Shown: positions 37,217 to 49,610 of the stretch, piece by piece
Layout: each line of letters starts with the position of its first letter
Numbering within the stretch: the stretch's first letter is position 1
Source of the DNA: Amphiscolops sp. MND2022
Taxonomy: Eukaryota
Reading direction: 5' to 3'
Assembly: GCA_964187785.1 (NCBI GenBank)
Contig: OZ076409.1
Span: 9,982,001-10,046,000, forward strand
DNA length: 64,000 nucleotides
Made by a program: the position numbers and the translations under genes
Notes under the pieces: model-generated
The model's database searches: none
Told to the model about the DNA's origin: nothing
Seen by the model: only the letters and a program-made list of their open reading frames with translations

Positions 37217-38140
37217 GAGGTCGATGTGAGTATTGTGTTGACGTAATGTTGACGATCGCTTATTGTTGTAGCTGTTTATGTGACATCTTGTTCAGCGTTC
37301 TATTCGTTATCTTTGCTGATAAGCTAATTCCTCTTAGGTTCGGACTCCTACAGATGGTCCTAGAGTCTTGTGATTATGTGTGTCGCTATTCATGGTTGTA
37401 ATTGTGGCTGTTTCTGCTTACTTGTGTTTGGCAACTTCCTGCGTTCTTATGTGGATTGATTCCAATTGTCCTCTTCTCTGTTGTTCTTTCCGCTTTTGTA
37501 GTTTGTGGTTTGGTATCTTTGTTTGAAGCTGATGTGTTTTAGTTCACCTGACTTTCAAGAAGATGGCACAGCGACGTGACGACTATGGGTTTCATTGTTA
37601 CAGTGAGCTGTGTCACTTTGTTTATCGTCTGCTGGGGGAGACTCGGGTCCTTGGCAGTTTACCTCGTATCCATCAATGGGAAGGATGTATGACAGTGAAG
37701 AAGAACCAGTGAAGAAGTTGAGCCCTATAGCTGACGACCTGCTCTTAGTTAATCAGCCTTTTGGAGAGGTTCTGTTGGCAGCAAAAAAGTGGTGCCCGAG
37801 AGTTCCGTCTAGAGTGTCGTCGTTTTCTGGATCATCTCGTGGACAAGATTCATCAAACTGTTCATTTATCGTCACCAGTTTCTCAGGGCTTAAACTTCGT
37901 TTGCCCAGAATTATTACTTGACGGAGATGACGTTGTCGTACTTTATTTATTTGCGAAATTTGTGGGCTGTCTTGATCGTTGCGGATTGTTATAGTCAAGC
38001 AAAGTTGCTGAGAGCAAGGCTGATTTCTTGTCTTACGTGATGGAAGCTCGGCAGTGCCATGTGTCTGGAGGGACTGTTTCCAGTGATGTCTAAAATGTTG
38101 TGAGGTATATGATGCGTCAATATGCTTTTCTGTCTCGGCA

Positions 38141-38539
38141 TTGCATTATGCGGGTGTTTCAGTTGTGCTGTTTATTTGTGTAAACCAAGATGTCGTCCCA
38201 GCCCTAATTGATTTCGACATTAGCGAGTGTGTCATTTGTCCTGGGTTGCTGACATCATGTTTGAGGTGTGTGCAGTCTTTTGTTACTTCTGCTAGCTACG
38301 ACCAGTCGTCGTTTTTCTCCTTGACGACTATCGATAAGGTTCGACAGGCATTGGGCGAGGCTGATGTTTTCATGGAGAATGCTGATTTTATTCCTTGGGA
38401 TGGTGTGTGCACTGGAGATTTCGCTGGTTTGCTTCGTCGATTGGATGCTGCTTACACTTCTTATCTGCAGGATCAGGTGAAGAGTGCTGAGTCAAATTAT
38501 AAAGCAGCAAAGGACACAAAAATTGAGACAAATTGTTAA
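38141..38539 (+). CDS. Second antisense ORF of unknown function in the 3' region of copy C
   Basis: 132-aa open frame with helical protein-like composition. No recognised domain. Confidence 0.3.
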   Translation: MHYAGVSVVLFICVNQDVVPALIDFDISECVICPGLLTSCLRCVQSFVTSASYDQSSFFSLTTIDKVRQALGEADVFMENADFIPWDGVCTGDFAGLLRRLDAAYTSYLQDQVKSAESNYKAAKDTKIETNC

Positions 38540-41500
38540 ATTGTTGTTAAATTTGAGACAACCCAATCATCTGCTGCTACGTCATCCGTTGCGTCTACCA
38601 AGTCCGTCACTAAGCCTCAAGCTGTGAATAATGAATAATGATGGGGGAGCATTTGTGAAATCAATTTTTGGTGATGGTGGTTTTTCTTTCAGACGTGTTG
38701 TCACTTCTGGTCAGCGTGGTAGAAGACGTGTTCGTCCGAAAAGAGGATCCGAGTCGCAAAGAGGTTCTTAGTCTTCAAAGTAATCTTTCCTGCCTGTTGA
38801 TTGACTTTTATGATTTTTGTTGATTGTTGCGTTGTATATTTATTACAGTTAGGTTAGTTTGTTCTGAAGTTTGGAATGGAATTTTTTTGATAAACTGATT
38901 TTGATTTGAGTTGGTTATATTTGAAAACCGTCGGGCTGGTTCAGTCTGGACTCTGATATTTGTTTTATGTTTCGAGTTATGTCAAGAGCGTCTAGTCGTC
39001 GAAAGTCAAGTTTTGTTTTGGGCGTAGGATTTGGCCTCAAATTGTAATCTGCCACTTTTCTTGGATTATATCCTATTGAAATGGGAGATGATTCATTTTG
39101 GTAGTCTAAGTCGTCTATTGGCGGGGGGTTAGTTATGAAAGGGTTATCACCTGCGTCCGTTGTTAAGTTGGAAAAATCCGGAGTTGACGATGTGTCCTCG
39201 TCTAATTCGTCGTTAGTGTCACTTAGGTGGATTTCTTGAACATGTGGTGTGCTATTGGTTATTTGTTCTGAAGGCTTTATATTCTTGTTTTGGTCTTCAA
39301 AATTGGATTCGCTTTGGCGTAGCATTCATTGTGTTGTACTAGTACTTCTGGGTTGTATAGGTAATCCGTTTGCTTTACTGTGACGTCAGGTAGGCATTGA
39401 TCTGGTTTGTAGGTACATAAGAGTATTCTGTGTAATGTCTGGGTATATCTCGTGCCCAGCCTGCGTATGGTGTAGTTGTTGTTTGAGAGGACTTTGACTA
39501 TTACGTAAGGACCCGTCCATATGCATTCGTTGAACGAGAATTTTGTGGATTGGTTATCTGCCTTTGGGTTGAGAATGTAGCAGTATTCGTTGACCTTCAA
39601 TGGTGTTGCGTCCGGTTTTCTGTCGTAGTAGCGCTTGTATTTGATGTTTGACTGCTTTAGGTTCTCTTTGACTACGTTTTCCACCTAGTTGAGCTGTTTC
39701 TGTAGTTGGTCTGCTAATTCTGTGTTACTTTGTTGTTGCCATTGGAATTTAGACCCTAGTTTAAGGTCTAGTGCATTGTAGGGAATGTGACCATGGAAGA
39801 CAGTTGATGGTTCGCAAACTATGCTTTCGTGATATGTTGTATTGTGAAGAATGACCGCGATTTGTACGTATTTGTGCCACATTGATTTCCTTTCTCCGGG
39901 AGATTTTTAGTTCAGTTTTGGTTGAGGCACATGAGTCCTTTCGAGAATGTCAATTGTTTGTGCATGTTTTGTGGTTGCGTGTCTGATTTCTATGTCTAGG
40001 ATCTTGGTTATTTCTTGTACCACCTCTGCTGTGAATTGCGATCCCTTGTCTGAAATTATTGTGGTGGGGAGATAAGCGTGTCTCGTCATGACATCAATGA
40101 TACATTTTCCCACTGTTTGTGCTGTCATGTTTTGCGTTGGGTATGCGAAGAGATAATTTGAGAATACATCTATCATCGTGATGATGTGTTGGTATCCTGC
40201 TGAGCACGGTAAGTTGGACAGTATATCAATCTCGAGTATGTCTTCTCATCCCATTGAGAAATCAGTGGGGTTGATCATTTTGGGGCGTGTTTGTCGTGTA
40301 CTGATTCGTTTGTATTTGATGCAATCCTGGCAGGTTGTTACGCATTTTTTGATGTATCTGGCCAACACTGGGTGGTAACTTTTCGCTCGGCACCCTTGTA
40401 TCATCTTTGTAATTCCTGGTTGTTTCACTGTCGCTCCTTGTAAGGTTTTTAGTAGTTCGGGAATGATTTGTGTTGGTAGTATAGTTTGATGGTGAGTGAT
40501 TTGGCCACATTCTCAGTAATATTTGTGCATTAGTACTCCATCTTTGATGATTATTAGGTTTTCGTGTTTGAGTAGCTTCTGTGCTGTTGGGTTAGTTTTT
40601 AGTGAGTGTTCGTCATGTTCTTCGTTCGATAGTTTGGCCTTGATTGTTTTCAGTATGATGTCTGCGTGCTGTTTGTTCCTGATTCGTGCGTCCTCTTTGA
40701 TGGCTCCTAGTGTGAAAGACGTTTTGTGGATGGGTATTATATTGGCTTCTTGGGTTGTTGTGTGATTTGGGCTCGTTTTTTGGCATGTTGTTTTCTAGGT
40801 AGCGTTTTTTGTCAGTCTCGATTGTTTCGTCGGGTAAGAAAAACTGTTGTTCTTCTTCTGCCACATTGTTTGATTGCATTTTTATTTGTATGGGGAGGGT
40901 TTGTATATCTTCCGGGATGGTGAGTTCGATTTTTTCTTTCGATGTTAGTTCCAATCGAGAAAAAAATCTGCTGCCGTGTTGAACGTTCCTGCAACGTGTG
41001 TGATTCTAAAGATGAATTGGAGGATGTAATCGCAGGCGTTCCATAAAGTCGGTGGTATTGCTTTTGTTTGGGAGAATCCGGTGAAATATCTGTTATCCGT
41101 CATGACTAATGTGGGTAGTGTGGTTTCCCATAGTATATGGTTATACTCGAGGAATGCATGATAAAGTGATGGGAATTCTTTGCAGTATAAAGACATTTTG
41201 AGTTGTGCTGGCAAGAACACTTTTGAACCAAACGCTACTGGGGCGAAGGTTTTCTTTCTGGAAGTTAATTTTTTCTCATCTTGTTCTTCTATCATTAGTG
41301 CGTATCCTGATGTTCTAAAGCTGGCATCTGCCATGATGCGGTATGGCGTCCTGTGATAGGCTGTTCAAGTGCTTGTCCACAGGCGTCTGCTAGTGCTGTG
41401 TTGATCACCTTGTAGTCATTTAGTGTTTCCTCTGTGACTCTTAGCTGTGTTTCATTTTTAAGAAGTTCGTAGAATTGCCTCAATTTCTTTGATAGTCTCG

Positions 41501-44500
41501 GTATATAGTTTCGATAATAGTTGATGAATCCAATGTATCGTTAGACTTGTTTTCGTGTCTTCGGGAACCGGACCTTGGCAAGAAATTTTTTGATTTTGTG
41601 GTCTTGAGGGGCTGTTTCAAGGGTAGTGATTGTTCTCCCAAGGAGTTCTACTTTGATTTCTCAGAAGTGGCATTTTTTGTATTGTTAGTTTTAGGCCTGC
41701 ATTGCGTATGCACTCAAAGACTGCTCGGATGATGTGTATTAAATGGGCGACCGTGTTGGCTGCGATGCCGAAGTCGTCAACGTTTTGAGCACCTTGGTCT
41801 GCTTTTTTACTTTATCCAGGTATTCCCTCATGAAACTGGAGAATGCTGAAAAGGCTCTGCTGGGTCCTTGCGCTAGTCGTTTATAGGCGAAGGTTCTACT
41901 GGTGAAGTTGAACGCCAAGAGTTCAACTGATCGCTGGTCGGCTATTTGGTGGCAATGGTACGCTTGAGAACAATCGAGTTTGCAGAATTGTTTTATCACT
42001 GCTAGGTGCTGGGCTGCGTCTGAGAGTGTGATTATGGGATGGTTTTTGTTTATGTATCAATGCGTTTATTTACCTCAGATCTACAAGTAGTCGCAGTTTG
42101 CCGTTAGGTTTGCGTTGGGCGAAGATGGGACTTGCGTACTTGGAGAATGGTAGTGTCGTTATGATGCCATATCTATGCATTAAGGCTAGCTCAACTGTGA
42201 TGTCTTTTTTGAGGTTGTCGGCACCGGTAGACTTTGTGTGTATACTGGGTTCTCATTCTTTGGTTTTAACTTTACTTTGAAATCATTGTTGATGCCTATG
42301 TCGAGGCGGTGACGTGCGAAATGGTCGTTGAATTCTATTATTTCATCCTCAAGTTGTTGTTTGTCTTCTCCTTGTATGATGGAAGAAGTCCCATTGGAAC
42401 TTTCTGAGGAAAAGTTTGCGTGACTCGCTATCCTTGGTGGGATTTAATTTTTCTTCTTGTTCTAATTCTCTGATTTTTTTGATGATGCGTTATTGAAGGG
42501 GCGTATCTTCGGCTTCGTTTCCAGGGTTCTCAGGGGTCGCGAACGAGAATCGGTCTGTTTCAGAAAGGTCAGAAGCAGTTTTCCTTAATTCATTCACATA
42601 CGTGATTGTGTCGTTGGGGTATTCTAGTAGTTTGAGTGCTGCGACGTCTATTGGGCGTATGTTTTTTGTGTCATCTGAATTTCGTATTTGTAGTTCAGCT
42701 CTTTTTGTGTTGGTGGGTATTGTGTAGGGCGCGTCCGTAGTGTTCACGACTCTTATTTTGATTTTTTTTGTTATCAGCAGTGGCTAGTGCGGGAGCCACT
42801 ATGATTTGGGCATCTTCGTCAAATTGGAGTTGTGGTTGTATTGTGCCTGTGATAGGGTGTTCAATATTGGTAATAGCTACGGCATTGACGGCTAGAGTTT
42901 GTTGTACCGTTGGTCTTTATTTGGATGGGGTGAAGATTGCGTTTTTTTCATTTCGTCCTTCATGGCTAGCGTCATTTCTACATGCGGAACGTCATGGTGC
43001 CGTTTGCAGTGTTGAGCAGGGCTTGGTGATTTCTCATGAAATTGAGTCCTATTAAAGGAAATGATGTGCGGGACAGTACCATTAAAGTATCTGAAGGTGT
43101 ACGTTCCACTGTTAAATTGTACGTCTGCTGCTGCGATCCGTTGTTCTATTTGTGCATTTGCACACTCAATTCGGAAAGGAGGTTGGGGGTTGCTTTTATG
43201 GTGCAATTTTCGGTGTTGTTTCCGATCAGGATATAGTCTGGACATGATATGGCCGTCAATTGTTTTTTCTCCGAACTCGAGCGGGATATCGAGCATGCGT
43301 CTCCTCTTTTTGAGGGGGATCGTGGACATTAGTGGTATGTAGTTGTTGTTGTCCTTGTGGATGATGATTTCCTTTATGAAACTGAGTGATGCTGGAAGGT
43401 CAAGGTCGCTAAGGTGTTGTTGGTCAGTTGTTGTTGTTGTTTGGACAAAGCTTCGGTAGTGACTGGGAAGATGTTGAGTATTTGTGTTTAGAGTATTCGA
43501 TGGTGCTAGTTTTTGTCGTGTTTTTGTTGGTTTGGTGATCGTCATTGTGTTCTGGTGTCGGGGGAAGGAGACGTTTGGTTGTCATGTATTTGTCCTCTGC
43601 CTCTGTTATCCATGGTGGTTTTTTTGGTCAGAGTGTCTGGAAATGTACTTTTTGATTGCGGCTATTTCTCGTCTTCTTTGCCAATCTTGTAATGGATGCC
43701 CGCTGCAGATTTGACTTGAGTCGTGATTGTATTGCGTCGGGGGGTCTTCGATTGAATATGCACTCGCATCTACCTTGTCCCCGAATCGCAGTCGCGGCAT
43801 TTTGAGTGTTTTGCCTCTTCGTTTGTAGTGATGCTGATTGTTTTGTCAGCGTTTGGGGGTGCAGCGTTGTGTCGTTTGGGACGCGGGTCGTTGACTGCGT
43901 TGGCGCAATTCCAGCAATCCTCTGTTTTATGGTGTTTTCTGCAGGTTTCGCATTTTGGTTTGGGTGGTCGATGTGTATTGGTTTGTCCGTTTTGTTTTCT
44001 CGTTTCTCGCCATTTGTCCCGTTTAGGCTTTCGGCAATGGGCTTTATATTGTCCATATTTGTTGCAGTAGAAACAGCAGCCTCGTTTTGGTTCAAGTTTC
44101 GTGGTTGATGCCGGTGTTGTTTCAATGTGGTTTAGTGGGACTAAAGTGACGTCGTCAGGTGCACCTAGACCGTTAAATCTCATTTCTCTTTCGAGATGGA
44201 GAACATGGTCGTTGTAAGGTTTGTCCACTAGGTATGCGTGGTTGAGTATCTTTTTCACGTGGTCAGGATTTTTTGCATATATTGCCTTGTCGATAAAGTA
44301 ATGGGCTTCCGCTCCAAACACTTCTCTCGCTGTTTTTTGTAATGAGTCGTGGAATTCGTGTAGTTTTTGAGTGGATGGGTCGAATTTAAGTGTATCCCAT
44401 TCGCAACGGGCTTTTGCCATTGATAAGTAGTCTCCAAATTGACGTATAGTGTCGTCAAGGTTGCGAAAAGCTTGTAAAGCCTCGCCTCGTAGGAGGGAGT

Positions 44501-44722
44501 GAAATTAGTTTATCTTCTGTATTTCATTGAGGTGGGAATACATTTTGAGGTTGTTTTGAAAAAGATCTTTGAACATTCCTTGGGGATGGGGAATGCATTG
44601 TTGGCGTCCATTTGGCTTGATGTGCTGAATAGTGTTTTGGTGATGTTTGGACGTTCCTTGGCTGGAGATTGGCTTTGTGTGCGCCTTTCGTTTTTTTCTT
44701 GGGGTGAGTGGGGCCGTTTGGG

Positions 44723-44735
44723 ACTCCTGTCACCA
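44723..44735 (-). promoter_or_regulatory. Primer-binding site of copy C, TGGTGACAGGAGT (tRNA-Leu-like)
   Basis: Follows CGTAACT on the minus strand. One mismatch to the metazoan tRNA-Leu(CAG) PBS TGGTGTCAGGAGT as I recall it. Lies inside the gag reading frame (RNLVTGV). Confidence 0.6.
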
Positions 44736-47579
44736 AGTTACGAGAACAACTGGGTTCAAGATTTTCCACGTTGTTAAAGCGTAGGGTCTTATTAGGTGAA
44801 GAGCGTGTTCTAACTGGAGTAATCTCTGGGTCTGAGTTCATCATTTCAGTATCGTCTCTATTAGCCGGTCTAAAAGCTCGTATGATTGCGTTCTGAGATT
44901 GAGCGACTAGAGTTTTTATTTCCTCAGTAATCTCTTCTCTTAGGGTGGATTCCAGATTCTCAAACTCACTGTTGTTTTGGGTTACATTTTCATCAGTTGA
45001 CGTGGAAGGGACGTTATCAACAATTCTCTTAAACTCAGTACTGAAAACTCTTGGAGGAACTTGATCCAAACTCAGGTTCCTCTTCTTCTCGGCTTACAGC
45101 TCTCTTCTTCCGGGTTCTGGTAGACATAAATGCTCAGGAAGTTTCGAGAAATTTTGCTGAACAAGAATTAATTAATCGGGAGATTCTTTTGAGGATTGCA
45201 ATTACAATCTTCAAGAAATCCAGTTTACAGAAACACAAAGGCTAGAACAAACTTTTAACAAGATTTTAGAATGAAATTAAATGAAATCTTCTCTTTTTCC
45301 TAAGTATAATTACCCTCCTAGCGTCATTCGTTCATGCGGGCGTCCCCGATGGAGCGGCCAATATTTGTCATATCCGGGAAAAGTAAGAACAATCTCAAAA
45401 CATTTCACAAGTAGCATCATGGCCCCGACAATTTTCCTATCACGGTTGCGGGAAGTTCAATAAATGGAATATTATTCCGCGGGAAAAGTAGCTAAACCGG
45501 AAATGTGATTCATTTTGATTTTTCATTCTCACCAAAACAACCCAACTTAATCGTGAGATTCAAAACCGTTGAAGTTGCGTGAACAAAATAGTCAATATTA
45601 GTGGAGGAAAAGTTTTCATAAAATTGATAGGGGGGATTTTCTTATCTGCTAATTGCCCTTGGTTTGATACTAGAACAAAATGAAGTTTTCGTTTTCGAGA
45701 AGGAGATTTATTCACTTCGATACATTCATCGACGATTAAGAATATAGGAATTACAGGCAAAAAAAACAACACTATGCTGACGCACGCATGACGTGCGGTT
45801 TATTTAAAACTTCACTGACATAGCAACGTTAATGAGACGTCTTCCCGTATCGGGTCAGTCCCTCACAAAATAAGTTCAATGTAATTAAACACAACAATAA
45901 TTCAACATATTTTAAGATTCAAAGCGACGATTAGGTGTCTGAATCATTAAAATAGGGCGGGGCATTGAGTCTTGTAGTATTAGTTATCAATAAACTGTGA
46001 CCTTGATCATTTTACGAGCATCATATATCAAAAGTTTCGGAATTACATTAGAGCAATTCGAAATGTCCTAGGAAATAGTTAGTTATCCAAACGAATATAC
46101 ATGAACGCATCCTCTGACGAGACCGGTTAAAAAATACGGTTTCATTTGACGTAGCGTTGACGTGGCTATTCCGACTAGTTCAACAAAGACGTAGTTGTGA
46201 CGTAGGCTATTATGCCATTCTTACTGAGTGAGCAACATGAGCGTGATGTAAAAGCGACGTTAGTTAATCTTTCATTCTTTTTGAGTTAGTGACGTAAGCG
46301 CGACGTTATTCATTGATCAGTACTGTAAGCTGATTCGACTACTTATTCACTTAGTGTGTTATTTGCGGGTAACTTACAGCAGAAGCACGTTAGTGGAAAC
46401 TTCCTAATGAATGACGGCATCTTTGTAGTTTATTTGACGATACTCAAAAAGTGTTTTATTGTTGAGAAAGCCACTGAAATTTCAAGTCGCATACCTATTC
46501 TCAAAGTGGTAAATGAGTAGAAATCCCACCGGGATTAAATTCCGTTTATCGAAAAACTCGCTTAGGCAATTTTAGTATTGTTCGTTGAATTTCATTACCT
46601 AACAGTGAATTTTGCGACGTGCGGTAGTCCGTAGATGTTGAAAATGGCCGTGTTATCAGTATGCTAGTATAATAATTTCTTTTAGGAAGCCGCTTGATTT
46701 TCTTTCTATGAATGTTTTTTCTCTGGTCACAGTCTATTCAATTGTTATTAAGGTAAAATCGTTTTAATTCCAACAGTACTTAGCTGACATTAGACAACAT
46801 GTGTCCTCTCTCAAACTGTACTATTTGGCAAGAACATGCCAGTCCTGGAGCGGTCTGTGACAATGACATCTGACAAGTTATTAGGTTAGGAGGTTAGATA
46901 AACATATCAAGGTTTATGAAAACACTTGAGGACATGCATAATAGCATCACAATCAACCGGGAATTTAAAAAGAAAAAAATTATCTGCAATTTTTGGAGCA
47001 GTGTGTCTCAAAAGATTCTGTTTCATTTTAGTTTCGTATTCTTTGTTCTAAAGAGCATGTATCATACTTAAGGAGCGATAACAACCTAGGACGGTTTAAC
47101 TTCTTATGTTTTTAGACTGTTCACTTTGCTGCAACATTGTTGAGGTCGAAAAGTTTTGACTGAGAGTTTCGTTCAAGGTATTGTTTTGACAACTGCCAAT
47201 TTTTCTTGAGTTTTGAGGCATGGAAGAATGTAAGTATCCTTTTGTCGGCCTAAAAAAATTAAGTGAATTTCTTCAAAAGAGCAATCGTGATTGAAAACTT
47301 TTCAAGTTGTAGAAAATTGACAGAGTTGTCAATGACTCATGAAGCAATATTGGCGGGTAGTGAACAAAAATTGAAGAAGTTAGTGAGAGCCAATTATTTT
47401 CTATTTTCAACGAAAGTGCAAACAAGAGTGAGCGTTGAAAAAGTGTTTCAAACTTGGACTGAAAATATCCTAAGTTGTCCTGTGACAAAGCTCATTTATC
47501 AAAGTTTGAAAGTGTGTAGCAAAGCTCATTTTTCAAAATTTTTTAGGTGTACTGAAGTTTTGAAAAGCTTTTTGTACCA

Positions 47580-48740
47580 TAAAAAGAGAGCAATACAATA
47601 ATGTATTAGGTGAACTAGAAATAAAATGTTGTAAATGTCCCATATGTTGATAGTAAAAAACACACTCTATAGTAAGATACACATTTTATAGTAAGATACA
47701 CATTTTCAATTAGGTTATTATGGTAAGATTACACAAAACTACAATTTTATGGGAAAGATAAAAATATACAAGATTATTATGGAAGCTCTGAATAAGATTA
47801 CAAGAATAATAATTGCTTGAAGTACTTTGAATACAATGTTAGGATTAGAATAGCACTAATAAGATTGTTCGATGTTATTGGATTATTAAATAAATTGTTA
47901 TAATATTGACCATGCATTATAAATGAAGCATAACTGGAGTATTATTGATGAATAAAAAGGAGTTTGAAACAGTTTTTCAGAGTGATGTGTTGGTTACGAA
48001 ACAATGACGTCATTACCAGAGCAGGGGTGACCCGTGGAAGACCAGAAACGATGTTGAAGACCAGACGTGAAGTTGAAGACCAGACGTGAAGTTGAAGACC
48101 AGAAGCAGTGTTGAAGACAAGAATAGGAGTTGAAGACCAGAAGCGGTGTTGAAGATCAGAAGTGAAGTAAAGTTGTTGTAAAAACAACGAAAACGAGACT
48201 GCCAGCCAGGCAGTAAATATGAGGCATTTGTGCAGGTTTGAGGGAGTTTAGTGAAATGCTTTTCGACTTGCAACATGATGAAGACAGACATCACGAAGAG
48301 GGGCAAGAAGGAAAGGCATGAGTGAGAGAACTGAGAAAATGTTTTTTCCATCCACAGAAAGGATGTTTCTGTGGTACGCGATACTGATGCGTTTCTGGAT
48401 CATAGGCTTATAGTTGTTGAGTGAAGCCAAAATCCTTCATTGTAGCATTGAAGGCATCACATGCTTCTGTGAGCGCATGAGGGAAATAGTGGTCCTTTGT
48501 TGTGAATGAGGGGTTTTAGAATGAAAAGAACCTCAGAAGTGGTTTCGCAGATTAGGACCGTCGAAGTGAATGCGGGCATATTGTTCAAAGTTTATTGTTT
48601 CTTTTCGAAGTAGATGCAGCGGGTGTAACAGTGGGTGTAAGCCAAGGAGGCAACAAAGAAGGAGGTGGAGAAAGAGAAGTTTCTGAAACAAGAGAAGTTT
48701 GATTACATCGAATCATTTTGGAGGTATTTATACTGTACTA
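47580..48740 (-). mobile_element. Retroelement-like remnant containing a 19-21 bp tandem repeat (48053-48168)
   Basis: Same strand skew as the minus-strand LTR elements. GTTGAAGACCAGA units occur about six times. One partly open frame (FTTKDHYFPHALTEACDAF...). Confidence 0.35.
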
Positions 48741-48966
48741 TATGGTGCTAGAAATTTATGTTTCATTGGAAATGCTATTTGTAGTAAAAACTTTGTGTTA
48801 TAAGAAAAATTCCAAAGTTTAAAGGAACTTTTTATTGTGTCATAAGTAAAAAAGAACGAAGTAAAAAAGAACCCATCATAAATGACTCTAAAAGTATGAA
48901 ATTTTTACATGAAGAATAGGTACAAAAGATAAAAAGTGTCAGAAAATCCAAGGATTTCCTAAATAA

Positions 48967-49299
48967 AGTTATAACCACCAATTCATCTTAATCCCCCGCC
49001 CCATGAATATATGTCTAGACTATCGATTACTGACTAATGTATCCGTAAATGAATGTATATTATTTATAATCCAGACGTATCTTGAATTTGATGTACCTAT
49101 TTTATATTCAATGCTATAATTTTTACTGTAAATTTATTCTGATTTATACTACCAACACAACGCTGAATTGACTCTCCATCGTCAGTTGTCTTCCCATTCT
49201 AAGACCTAATATCTGCAGCTCTATTAGTGTCTCTTAATGTACTAAGTCCTCAAATGCAAGATCTCAACAAAATAAATACAAACAACAAGTACATTAACT
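48967..49299 (+). mobile_element. 5' LTR of copy D (333 bp, AGTTA...TAACT)
   Basis: 5-bp terminal inverted repeats AGTTA (48967) and TAACT (49295-49299). The last T is shared with a TGGTGC PBS-like motif. A related copy lies at 12240-12538. Confidence 0.65.
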
Positions 49300-49351
49300 G
49301 GTGCAACCAACACCATTTTCCAACTCTTTCCTTCCATCATTTCTGAATTTT

Positions 49352-49610
49352 TGTACTAATCACACCTCAGTGATTCGACAATTTGTCGGTACAACATTTC
49401 TTCTGTACTAATCACAATGTCAAGTGATTCGACCTCGTAGTCGGTTCATTTCATCTTCTCTTCTGTACTAATCACATCTCAGTGATTCAGCTACGTGCTG
49501 GTACATCCCTTCTTTCTGTACTAATCACTTTTCAGTGGTTCAACTAATTGCTGGTACATTCATCTTCCCTGTACTAATCGCTTTTCCAAGTGATTCAGCT
49601 TCACGCTACA
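49352..49610 (+). ncRNA. Five tandem putative three-way-junction RNA motifs in the 5' leader of copy D
   Basis: TGTAC-T-AATCAC-loop-GTGATT-stem3-GTACA at 49352, 49404, 49464, 49517 and 49570. Loops vary while stems keep pairing. Confidence 0.6.

Larger units (their letters stand above)
36470..45300 (-). mobile_element. Ty3/gypsy copy C (family 2), degenerate, boundaries approximate, no 3' LTR recognised
   Basis: Gag with CFYCNKYGQYKAHC and CETCRKHHKTEDC (43770-44420), protease region 42892-43545, RT (KLDCSQAYHC...AYKRLAQG, 41739-41999), RNase H (DASFRTSGYAL, 40945-41334), integrase (IDVFSNYLFAYP, SDKGSQF, TTKHAQTI..LERTH, WTGPY; 39277-40430). Confidence 0.88.

Noticed and set aside
43628-44125. 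Alternative-frame and antisense ORFs over the gag/pol regions (also 5477-6043, 52033-52716, 54835-55518, 61301-62005)
   Set aside because: They are off-frame or opposite-strand shadows produced by the skewed, stop-poor composition of the retroelements.
49352-49610. Hammerhead ribozymes in the leader repeats
   Set aside because: The three-way junctions lack the CUGANGA and GAAA core and have almost no unpaired junction nucleotides.
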